A stretch of DNA of 58,902 nt. It comes from Acidobacteriota bacterium. Lineage in GTDB: Bacteria > Acidobacteriota > JAAYUB01. The stretch lies in NCBI GenBank assembly GCA_017996395.1, contig JAGOHA010000007.1, forward strand, positions 1 to 58,902, in the 5' to 3' direction. A model generated the notes under the pieces. The model saw nothing but the letters and a program-made list of their open reading frames with translations, did no database searches and was not told the origin of the DNA. A program made the translations under genes and the position numbers. Shown here piece after piece: positions 43,894 to 51,709 of this stretch. Numbering within the stretch: position 1 is the stretch's first letter; each line of letters begins with the position of its first letter.

Positions 43894-45507
43894 TCACCGC
43901 GGGGGCGTCGTGTAGGCGGAGAGACCCTCCTGCCGTAGGTCTTCGAACAGGGCCTCGAACGCGTCGATCAGGTCGCTCCGGATCATCACCTCGAGCACGT
44001 CGCCGTCGATCTCTTCGCGCGCCGCCGACTCGCGCATGATGGCGATGATCTCCTCCTTGGACATGGGCCGGCGGTAGGGGCGATCCTTGGCGCTGAGCGC
44101 CTCGTAGAAATCGGCGATGGCCAGAATGCGGGACTGGATGGGGATCCGGTCCCGCCCGGCGCCGTCCGGGTAGCCGCGGCCGTTGAGCCGCTCGTGGTGC
44201 TGGCCGGCGAACACCGGCACGTCGGCCAGGTGGCCCTTGAAGGGGATGTGGCTCAGCAGGCGGTTGGTCCACTCGACGTGGGTCTGCATGATGCGGCGCT
44301 GGTCCTCGGTGAGGGTGCCGCGGCGGATGCTCAGATTCTCTGTCTCGTCGGGGGTCAGGTAGGGGCGCTCGACGCCGTCGTCGAGGTAGGTCCGCCGGCT
44401 GATCTCCTGGACGCGGGCCAGGAGCGCCGGGTCGGCGTTTTCCGCCGGGACATTGGCGCTGCGGACGGCTGCGAGAGCTCCGTCGAGCTCGGCGAGCCGC
44501 GCCGCCAGTCCGGTGTGTTCGGCCGGGCCGCCGGCCGGCTCCGTAGGCGCACCGGTCTGGCGCCGGAGCAGTTCCCGGATCAGCCGGAAGCGCAGCTCCA
44601 CCAGCTCCAGCCGGTCCATGAGCGTCTCCAGCTTCGTCGCCTTGTCCATGATCCAGACCGGCGTGGTGATTTTGCCGATGTCGTGCAACCAGCCGGCGAT
44701 CCGGATCGCCTCCATCTCCGGCTCGGAGAACCGGATCTCGGCCAGGGGCCCCTCGGCGGTGTCGTGGACCGCCTGGGCCAGCATGGAGTTGAGGATGGCC
44801 ACCCGCTGGATGTGGTTGCCGGTGTAATGGGATTTGGCGTCAACGGCGGCGGCCATGACCCGGATGACCGCCTCGAACAGGTCCTTCGTCTCCTGGATCA
44901 GGGTGACGTTGTCGATGGCCACCGCCGCCTGGGAGGCCAGCGCCTCGACGATGGCGGTGTCCTCGGGGCGGAACGGCACGACGGCGCCGGTGCCGGGTTC
45001 GGTGGCGTTGAGGAGCTGCAGGACGCCGGTGACGACGCCGGCGTGGTTCTTCATGGGGACCACCAGCATCGATCGGGAGCGGTAGCCCGTCACCCGGTCG
45101 TAATGGCGGGGGCCGGAGAAGTCGAACTCGCGGGATTCGTACACATCGGCGATGGCGACGGTCCGGCCCAGAATGGCGGCGTAGGCGCAGACGTTGGCTT
45201 TGTCGAGTTTCACCGGCTCCAGGCTGGTTTTTTCGCCGGTGGTGCCGCCGGTGGCGATGCCCAGCGTCGCGTTCTGGATCACCTCGAAATGGAGCCGGCC
45301 GTCCTGCAACCGATACAGCGTGCCGGCGTCGGCGCCGGTGATCTCCCGAGTCGAGGTCAGGATCCGCTCCAGCAGGACGTCGAGTTTGCGCTCCGCCGAC
45401 AAGGCGATGGAGATCTCGATCAACCGGTTCATCCGGGCCTGAAAATCGCCGCCGCCCGAACCGGTGGACCCGTGGCCGTCGGTGGTGGGAGGCTGGCTCA
45501 TCGGCAT
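43894..45507 (-). CDS. GAF domain + HD-GYP domain protein (c-di-GMP phosphodiesterase type)
   Basis: 537 aa with an N-terminal GAF-like region, then HDIGKITTP and HHERLNGRGYP motifs. Confidence 0.85.
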   Translation of the reverse strand: MPMSQPPTTDGHGSTGSGGGDFQARMNRLIEISIALSAERKLDVLLERILTSTREITGADAGTLYRLQDGRLHFEVIQNATLGIATGGTTGEKTSLEPVKLDKANVCAYAAILGRTVAIADVYESREFDFSGPRHYDRVTGYRSRSMLVVPMKNHAGVVTGVLQLLNATEPGTGAVVPFRPEDTAIVEALASQAAVAIDNVTLIQETKDLFEAVIRVMAAAVDAKSHYTGNHIQRVAILNSMLAQAVHDTAEGPLAEIRFSEPEMEAIRIAGWLHDIGKITTPVWIMDKATKLETLMDRLELVELRFRLIRELLRRQTGAPTEPAGGPAEHTGLAARLAELDGALAAVRSANVPAENADPALLARVQEISRRTYLDDGVERPYLTPDETENLSIRRGTLTEDQRRIMQTHVEWTNRLLSHIPFKGHLADVPVFAGQHHERLNGRGYPDGAGRDRIPIQSRILAIADFYEALSAKDRPYRRPMSKEEIIAIMRESAAREEIDGDVLEVMIRSDLIDAFEALFEDLRQEGLSAYTTPPR

Positions 45508-45580
45508 GAACTCCTGATGGTCAACCGGGTGTTGTGAACGTTCGGGTAGTCGAGATTATATTACAATGAGGATCGGGTGA

Positions 45581-46591
45581 ATGCAAACGGATCACTCCAC
45601 GGCAGGAGTAGCGGCCATGGACGAGCGATACGAGACGCCGGCGTACGGCGGGACGGGCTGGTCGCCGCGCGGGGATTCCCACCGGGCGGAGATCGGCCGG
45701 ATCTGGTCGGCGTGCGGGGTGGCCACCGAGTGGCATCCCCTGCGCGCCGTGCTGCTGCACCGGCCGGGCGCCGAGATCGAGGGGCTGACGGAACCGCTGG
45801 CCGTCCAGATGTTGGCGCCGCCGGATCCGGCACGGGCGCGGGCGCAGCATGACCGCCTGGCTGCGGCTTTACGCACCGCGGGGGTGGCGGTCCGGCTGGT
45901 GGAGCCGCCCGGTGCGGCGCCGCCCAACTTGATGTTCGTCGCCGACCTGCTGTTCATGACCCCGGAGGGCGCGATCCTCGGGCGGCCGGCTTCGACGGTT
46001 CGGGCGGGTGAAGAGCGCCTGGTGGCCCGGCGACTGGCGGAGCTGGGTGTGCCGATCCTGCGCGCCATCCGCGGCGGGGGAACGTTCGAGGGGGCGGACG
46101 CCATGTGGCTGGATCCCGACACCGTGTTGCTCGCCACCGGCCGGCGGACCAATGCCGCCGGAGCTGCCCAGGTGGCTGCGATGCTGGCGGAGCTGGGAGT
46201 CGCGGTGATCCGGACACCGTTGCCGCCCCGGTCCATGCATCTCATGGGACTGCTGCGGATCGTGGACCGCGACCTCGCCTTCGGCTGGCCGGGCGCGGTG
46301 CCGCCGGCGGCCGCCGCGGCGCTGCGGGCGCGGGGTGTCGCCCTGCTGGAGCCGCCGCCGGGCCCGGAGCTGGACGACGGCCGGGCGCTGAACTTCGTGA
46401 CGTTGGGACCGCGGCGGATCCTGATGCCGGACGGCAATCCGGTCACCCGGGCGTTTCTGGAGCGGGCGGGGATCGAGTGCCTGACCACGGAGGTGGACGA
46501 GCTGGCCAAGGCGGCCGGCGCCATCGGCTGCCTCACGGGGATTCTGGAACGGCAGCAGCCGTCGCTCCCCCCGGGCCGCCCGGAGGGATGA
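45581..46591 (+). CDS. Amidinotransferase / arginine-deiminase-fold (DDAH-like) guanidino-modifying enzyme
   Basis: 336 aa. FVADLLFMTPEGAILGRP and GGTFEGADAMWL are present, and the C-terminal catalytic-Cys context is AAGAIGCLTGIL. Confidence 0.7.
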   Translation: MQTDHSTAGVAAMDERYETPAYGGTGWSPRGDSHRAEIGRIWSACGVATEWHPLRAVLLHRPGAEIEGLTEPLAVQMLAPPDPARARAQHDRLAAALRTAGVAVRLVEPPGAAPPNLMFVADLLFMTPEGAILGRPASTVRAGEERLVARRLAELGVPILRAIRGGGTFEGADAMWLDPDTVLLATGRRTNAAGAAQVAAMLAELGVAVIRTPLPPRSMHLMGLLRIVDRDLAFGWPGAVPPAAAAALRARGVALLEPPPGPELDDGRALNFVTLGPRRILMPDGNPVTRAFLERAGIECLTTEVDELAKAAGAIGCLTGILERQQPSLPPGRPEG

Positions 46592-46639
46592 CCTGCGGCC
46601 GGACTCCGTGCCGGCCGGTGAACGGTCGAATGCCCCCGC

Positions 46640-48685
46640 TCAGTCGGTGACGAAGAGAATCAGCCGGAGCAGGTCGGTCGCGCCGGCTCGCCCGTCGCCG
46701 TCGTAATCGGGATCGGCGTCCTCGGGAAGCAGCAGATTGCCGGCCACGCAGTGGGCGAGCAGGGCGATGTCCTCGGCGTCGAAGGCGCCGTTGAGGTTCA
46801 GGTCGCCCGGCTTGGGCGGCGTGAGATACTCCGCCATCCGGCGCATCAACTCCAGCCGGGAGTTGGCGCCGCTTCCCTCGGCCAATCCGCCGAATTCGAA
46901 CGAGGCGGCGATCGCCTTGAAGGGGTACCAGGTGCCCCAGTAGTCATGGCCGTTGGTGGCGACGCCGCAGCCGAACGCGGATGGCGCGTTCTGCAGGATC
47001 TGCCAGCCGTCCGTCGCCGGGATGATCTGGTCGATGTTCTCGTTGTCGCCGGTATACGGCAGGTCGAACCCGGCGTACGGCGTCCCGGCGGCGCCCGTCA
47101 CCGCGGTCAGGGGCGCATCGCCGCTGCTGACGCAGGTGGCGTTGAACCAGGGCTGGAGGATCTGATTGGCCGGCGACACGGACCATACGTCGCCGCCTTC
47201 GAGGTACATGTTCTGACCCCGGGCCAGGGCGCGGCGGAGATAGACGCCGTCCAGGGAGGTCAGGATGTAATCGTGGGGTGATACGCCCAGACAGACGAAC
47301 AGCGTGGGGATGCCATCCAACTCGGACAGGTCATACTCGGTGAAACGGACGGCGTCGACGCCGTTGGCAAGCAAGGCGGCCAGCACCGCCGGTCCGCTGT
47401 TGGCGTTGCCGTCCAGGTCGATGACGAGGGCCTGGGGCCGGCGCAGGCGGTGCCAGAAACGGCCGTTGGCCGCGAACCCGCCGCTGGTGAAGTTCAGCGC
47501 GAACTCCAGCCGGTGGGCTTTGGGTGCGTCCGGGCTGGCGGTGACGGTGAACTCGGCGTCCGCTTCGGCGCCCTTGGCCAGATCCGGGAGCGTGTCCGCC
47601 GGTTGGGTCACCGTCACCAGCGGATCGTCGGACGCCAGGCCGACGGAGATGCCGGTAGCCGCGGTGCCGTGGTTGTGCACGGTGAGGCGGACGGTTGCGG
47701 TTTCGCCCGGGTCGAGCACGCCGTTGCCGGCGGAGTCCACGGCGACCGCGCTCTGGACGAGGGCCGGCGCGACGGCGGGGTCAGTCTCGGCCCAGATGCA
47801 GTCACTGCCGATCTGTGCGGCGCCCCAGCGGATGAGCATGTAACCATCCAGACCCCAGCTGGTGCCCCAGCTGTTGCGCATGATCCAATAGCCGTCGCCG
47901 TTGTTATCGTCCCAGCCCACCAGGATCACGGCGTGGTTGGTGTAAATGGCGCCGGGGCCGTTGTAGATGCCGCCGGTGTACGCTTGGAACAGGTCGTCCA
48001 CGGCGACGGAGCAGGCGACCGGCCCGTGGTCGTAAATCGCCTGTTTGATTGCCGCCACTTCGTTGGCGACGCTGCCGCGGCGCGCCGGCTTGTAGGACTT
48101 GGAAACGGCGTCACCGATGCACTCGCCGTAGGGGAAATCCATCTGCTTGTACGGGTACCAGGCCTCGAAGGTGACACCCTGTGAGGAGATGTAGAACATC
48201 GCGTTGGAAGTGAAGCCGCCGTTGCAGCCGCTGTTGCCGAACGGGCCGCCGCGATTGCAGTCCACGAGCTGTTGTTCGGACAGATTGACCACCTCGCCGT
48301 CCACCAGCAGGACTTGGCATTCCAGGACGCCGACGGCGGCGAACGCCCAGCAACTGCCGCAGCTGCCCTGGTTGCGCACCGGCGGCAGACCGCCGGCTTC
48401 GCGCCAGTCAAAACGGGTGGGCAGGGCGCGCTTGGCATCGATGGCGTCGGCGCCATCGAGGCTCCAGTTGGGATCGTGGGGGCGCGTGCCGCACAGCGCC
48501 TCCAGCGGCAGATCCAGCGCGGGATTGTCCCCGACCGTGAAGGTATAGCCGTGCTCGGCAATCTCCCGGCGCAGCCGTTCCAGCAGCTCCCGCCGGTCGT
48601 CGGGCCGGACTTGGCCGAAAGCGGACGGTACGGCGGCCGCCACGACGAGCAGGATGCTGCAGATGGTCGAGAGTCGAGTGTGCAT
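46640..48685 (-). CDS. Secreted papain-family (C1) cysteine peptidase with extra C-terminal domains and a dockerin-like module
   Basis: ORF 46640-49174 was trimmed to ATG 48685 (MHTRLSTICSILLVVAAAVPSAFG). Catalytic motifs: NQGSCGSCWAF, TNHAVILVGWD, MRNSWG. The C-terminus, DLNLNGAFDAEDIALL...DPDYDGDGRAGATDLL, has paired Ca-binding dockerin repeats. Confidence 0.85.
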   Translation of the reverse strand: MHTRLSTICSILLVVAAAVPSAFGQVRPDDRRELLERLRREIAEHGYTFTVGDNPALDLPLEALCGTRPHDPNWSLDGADAIDAKRALPTRFDWREAGGLPPVRNQGSCGSCWAFAAVGVLECQVLLVDGEVVNLSEQQLVDCNRGGPFGNSGCNGGFTSNAMFYISSQGVTFEAWYPYKQMDFPYGECIGDAVSKSYKPARRGSVANEVAAIKQAIYDHGPVACSVAVDDLFQAYTGGIYNGPGAIYTNHAVILVGWDDNNGDGYWIMRNSWGTSWGLDGYMLIRWGAAQIGSDCIWAETDPAVAPALVQSAVAVDSAGNGVLDPGETATVRLTVHNHGTAATGISVGLASDDPLVTVTQPADTLPDLAKGAEADAEFTVTASPDAPKAHRLEFALNFTSGGFAANGRFWHRLRRPQALVIDLDGNANSGPAVLAALLANGVDAVRFTEYDLSELDGIPTLFVCLGVSPHDYILTSLDGVYLRRALARGQNMYLEGGDVWSVSPANQILQPWFNATCVSSGDAPLTAVTGAAGTPYAGFDLPYTGDNENIDQIIPATDGWQILQNAPSAFGCGVATNGHDYWGTWYPFKAIAASFEFGGLAEGSGANSRLELMRRMAEYLTPPKPGDLNLNGAFDAEDIALLAHCVAGNLLLPEDADPDYDGDGRAGATDLLRLILFVTD

Positions 48686-48716
48686 GATAGTCCTTCCCCC
48701 CGCAAGAGTTCGAGGA

Positions 48717-48745
48717 ATTATAGCGACTCGGCGGCCGTTTGACAA
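48717..48745 (-). promoter_or_regulatory. Near-consensus sigma70 promoter of the C1 peptidase gene
   Basis: The minus strand reads TTGTCA-N17-TATAAT (plus-strand tgacaa 48740-48745, attata 48717-48722). It lies about 30 nt upstream of ATG 48685. Confidence 0.6.
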
Positions 48746-48796
48746 CCGGATTGGTAGACGAAACGCCGTCTGCGGCCCCGCACCGTTGCATCCGCG

Positions 48797-48825
48797 TTGA
48801 CTCGTGGTGACGGTGCGACTATACT
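48797..48825 (+). promoter_or_regulatory. Near-consensus sigma70 promoter, divergent from the peptidase promoter
   Basis: TTGACT (48797-48802)-N17-TATACT (48820-48825), about 50 nt upstream of ATG 48875. Confidence 0.55.
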
Positions 48826-48874
48826 CTCGATGCAGGCCGGAGCTTCCGAAATCAAAACGGTCCGGACGGTTAGC

Positions 48875-49276
48875 ATGACACCGCGCGGCCAGACAGCAAA
48901 ACCCCACCGCATCCTCTACGGGCTGATTCTGTCCGCACTGATCCTGCAGCTCCTCGTTCCCGCGCTCCGGGTGGTGCTGTCCTCCGGGGAAGCCCCTGGA
49001 TCCGGTTTGGATTTCACCCAGGTGGACCATCCGCGCGGCGACGGCGAAGAGCCGCCGCGCGCGCCGGCCCGCAAGCCGTTGCGGCTCCTGCCGGCCCATT
49101 CGGCGCCCGACGGCTTCGATTGTCGCGCGGCGGGACTCATCCCGACGATCGTCTGCGTGACTCCGCCGGTCCAAGACCGAACCGACGGCACCTGGTGCGA
49201 CGCCGCCGGCATCGCGGCTGCGGGTGTCCGCCTGCTGCCGCTCCGCCGGGCGCCGCCCGCCCCCGCCAACTCCTGA
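48875..49276 (+). CDS. Hypothetical small membrane-anchored protein (133 aa)
   Basis: In-frame ATG within ORF 48797-49276, downstream of a strong promoter candidate. GC3 is high. The TM segment is ILYGLILSALILQLLVPAL. The RBS is weak and I recognise no homology. Confidence 0.35.
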   Translation: MTPRGQTAKPHRILYGLILSALILQLLVPALRVVLSSGEAPGSGLDFTQVDHPRGDGEEPPRAPARKPLRLLPAHSAPDGFDCRAAGLIPTIVCVTPPVQDRTDGTWCDAAGIAAAGVRLLPLRRAPPAPANS

Positions 49277-49417
49277 CCGCCCCGCCGGCGCCGCTCACGG
49301 CCGGCCGGCGCGGATGGCCGTTTCCCTCGATTGACCTGTTCCACAGAACCCGGGACGTCGGACGCCGAGTGTCGCGCCGCTGGCGCCGGCGGCCGGGCAT
49401 CCAGTCAAGGAGTCAGT

Positions 49418-49603
49418 ATGAAGCCGGATGTGATCGTTGTGCTGATTTTGGCCGTCTGCTTTTTCGGCGGCATCATATACCTGGCACTGCGCAGTCAGAA
49501 GAACGCGCCGCCGCCCGAACCGCCGCCCCAGCCGGAAGATGCGAAACCGGCAACCGGCGAGGATGCCGGCAAGGGTAAAAAGAAACGGAAGGGCGGTCGC
49601 TGA
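49418..49603 (+). CDS. Hypothetical small single-TM protein (61 aa) with a Pro-rich, Lys-rich tail
   Basis: ATG 49418 preceded by AAGGAG. Product: MKPDVIVVLILAVCFFGGIIYLAL... then PPPEPPPQPEDAKP...GKGKKKRKGGR. Confidence 0.45.
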   Translation: MKPDVIVVLILAVCFFGGIIYLALRSQKNAPPPEPPPQPEDAKPATGEDAGKGKKKRKGGR

Positions 49604-49645
49604 CCGCCCGTGGGGGAGCCGAAAAGGTGATGAAGGTCAGCGTGC

Positions 49646-49679
49646 GCCGGCGGCATCCGATAGGTTGGATGCCGCCGGC
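49646..49679. terminator. Perfect 13-bp GC hairpin between convergent genes
   Basis: GCCGGCGGCATCC - loop GATAGGTT - GGATGCCGCCGGC. There is no clear U-tract on either strand. Confidence 0.45.
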
Positions 49680-49690
49680 GGCGGCCCGGG

Positions 49691-51118
49691 TTATTGAGTC
49701 TTGGGCAGAATGATCTCGACGCGGCGGTTGCGCGCCCGGCCTTCGGCGGTGTCGTTCGGCGCGACGGGCTGATCCGGGCCGAAGCCCTTGGCGGTCATTC
49801 GCGTCTCGGCCACTCCCATCTCTTTCAGGAAGGTCATGACGGAATTGGCGCGGGCCGCCGACAGCTTCTGGTTGGTTTCGGCGGAGCCGGTGGAATCGGT
49901 ATGCCCTTCGACGCTCAGCGTCATCTCCTGCAGAAGGGTCAGAATTCCCGCCAGCTTGGCCAGCGAGTATTTGGCGTCGGTCTTCAGGGTGGCCTTGCCC
50001 GTGTCGAAGGTGATGTCGGACAGGCTGACCACGTAGCCCCGGGCCGTCTCCGTCGTGGCCGAAACCATGGCCAGGGCGCCCGACAGGCGGTTGGCCAGGG
50101 CGTCGCGCTCCGCCTTGAGCCGGGCCCGTTCCTGGTCCAGCTTGGCCAGCTCGCGCTTGGACTCGGCGATGGACGCTTCCGCCCGTCGCTGGGCTTCCTC
50201 GGCCTGCTTCCGGGCGGTTTCGGACTGTTGCAGCGACACCTCGGTTTTCCGGCGGGCGGTGTCAGCGTCGGTGGCCTGCTGCGCCAGGGCGGCCTTTTCC
50301 GCTTGGCGCTTGGCTTCGAGCGCGGCGGCGGCCTTCTCCTCGACGATGCGGAAATGCTCCTTCAGCGCCTGGCTGGCGAACTCGACGGCACGCCGCGCGC
50401 TGTCCTGACCGGCCTTGTTGCCCGCGCCCTTTTCGGTCAGCAGGTTGGTCGCCTGGGCCAGGGCGCTCTTGGCCGACTTGACGGCCTCGGGTAGGACCAG
50501 GTCCGTCTTGAACCGCTCGGCGAGTTCCACGGCCTTTTGGGCCTGTAGCAGTGTCACCGGAGTCGTGTTGGAATAGCTCATGCCGCGGATGGATTTGTTT
50601 TTGCAGGTGAAGAGTTCAGACTTGTCCACCAAGCCGGCGAAGGCGAACGTGCGGCTCTTGGCATCCTTCGGGGCGGGGGCGCCGGAGTAGAAGATCAGAA
50701 TGTCGGACGGATTGCTGACCGGGGCGAGCGGTTCGGCGGTGATGACCAGGGCGAAATCTTTCTTCGCCGTGGCGAACCGGCTGCTGCCGTTCTTGTCGGA
50801 AGTGGCCACCTGGCCGAGATTCTCCACCTCGCCGGCGGGGGTTATCGCCCAGACGACGTAAGTGGTGATGTCGCCGCCGAACAGGATGGCGGGGACCAGG
50901 TTTTTGTACTCCATCTCGACCGTGATCTGGCCGGCCGCGCCTTTGACCTTGGCCTTGACTTCAGCAACCGGAGCGCGGTCGGTGGCCTGGAACGGCACTT
51001 TCACTTCTCGTTTTTCCGGGTAGACCGTCGTGGTCAGCTGGACATCCGCCGCGTAGAACGACGCGGTGAACAGGCCCAACACGAGTAATCCGAACACAGA
51101 ACGCATAGGTAGTTTCAC
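49691..51118 (-). CDS. OmpA/MotB-family peptidoglycan-binding protein with a central coiled coil
   Basis: 475 aa. GTG 51118 with AGGAGG 5 nt upstream, and a signal peptide. The C-terminal OmpA_C motif reads LSVEGHTDSTGSAETNQKLSAARANSV...NRRVEI. Confidence 0.88.
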   Translation of the reverse strand: MKLPMRSVFGLLVLGLFTASFYAADVQLTTTVYPEKREVKVPFQATDRAPVAEVKAKVKGAAGQITVEMEYKNLVPAILFGGDITTYVVWAITPAGEVENLGQVATSDKNGSSRFATAKKDFALVITAEPLAPVSNPSDILIFYSGAPAPKDAKSRTFAFAGLVDKSELFTCKNKSIRGMSYSNTTPVTLLQAQKAVELAERFKTDLVLPEAVKSAKSALAQATNLLTEKGAGNKAGQDSARRAVEFASQALKEHFRIVEEKAAAALEAKRQAEKAALAQQATDADTARRKTEVSLQQSETARKQAEEAQRRAEASIAESKRELAKLDQERARLKAERDALANRLSGALAMVSATTETARGYVVSLSDITFDTGKATLKTDAKYSLAKLAGILTLLQEMTLSVEGHTDSTGSAETNQKLSAARANSVMTFLKEMGVAETRMTAKGFGPDQPVAPNDTAEGRARNRRVEIILPKTQ

Positions 51119-51398
51119 TTTAGCCTCCTAAAAATTAATCAGTAGTTCAGAATAGTTACCTTGGATGCATAGATGAGAAGCGCGGGTTTGGTTTTGGGGT
51201 AGAATGCCACGCCGGGTAGGGCGGCTATCCCCCGATACGGGACGCCGCGGGCGGCCGGCGGGACGAGGGCATCGATAGGCTGGTCGTGATCACCGCCCGT
51301 CACGCGGACGGCAACCCCCGTTGCGAAGCCCCGGATCGGCTCGCTGAACGCCCGGGCCTGTGGAAGCGATGCGCATGGGGAAGGATGCGGTCGCTCGC

Positions 51399-51424
51399 GC
51401 TCAAACTGTGGCGGTTTGAGTTTT
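51399..51424 (+). terminator. Plus-strand terminator-like hairpin in a gene-free region
   Basis: CTCAAAC (51400-51406) - 7-nt loop - GTTTGAG (51414-51420), followed by TTTT (51421-51424). No plus-strand ORF lies upstream. Confidence 0.3.
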
Positions 51425-51709
51425 GAGAGATGAGGGTTCACGATCGAGATCATGAGTCGTGCCATTGCTCATGCCGTAATTGGAATTCTGATCGACGCGT
51501 CTTGTCTCGACATTTCAATCCCGATTGAGTGCTGTGTCAAGTGTCTTCTGCTAGACGGCGCCACCGGCCGCCCGCGAGCGGCTGCGTGCCGGTGTCTTCG
51601 CGGGCGCGCCACCAGGTAGGCCGATGCGCGCCGCATCGCCAACGCCGCAACAGCGGGCCGCACGTCTCGTTCCCGTCCTCCCAGAGCGGGCGCAGCCCAC
51701 GGCCGGGCG

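Noticed and set aside
51139-51465. 108-aa minus-strand ORF upstream of the OmpA-family gene
   Set aside because: There is no Shine-Dalgarno sequence before its ATG. The codon bias is mixed, and there is no hydrophobic core, signal or family resemblance. The region is treated as non-coding in the findings.
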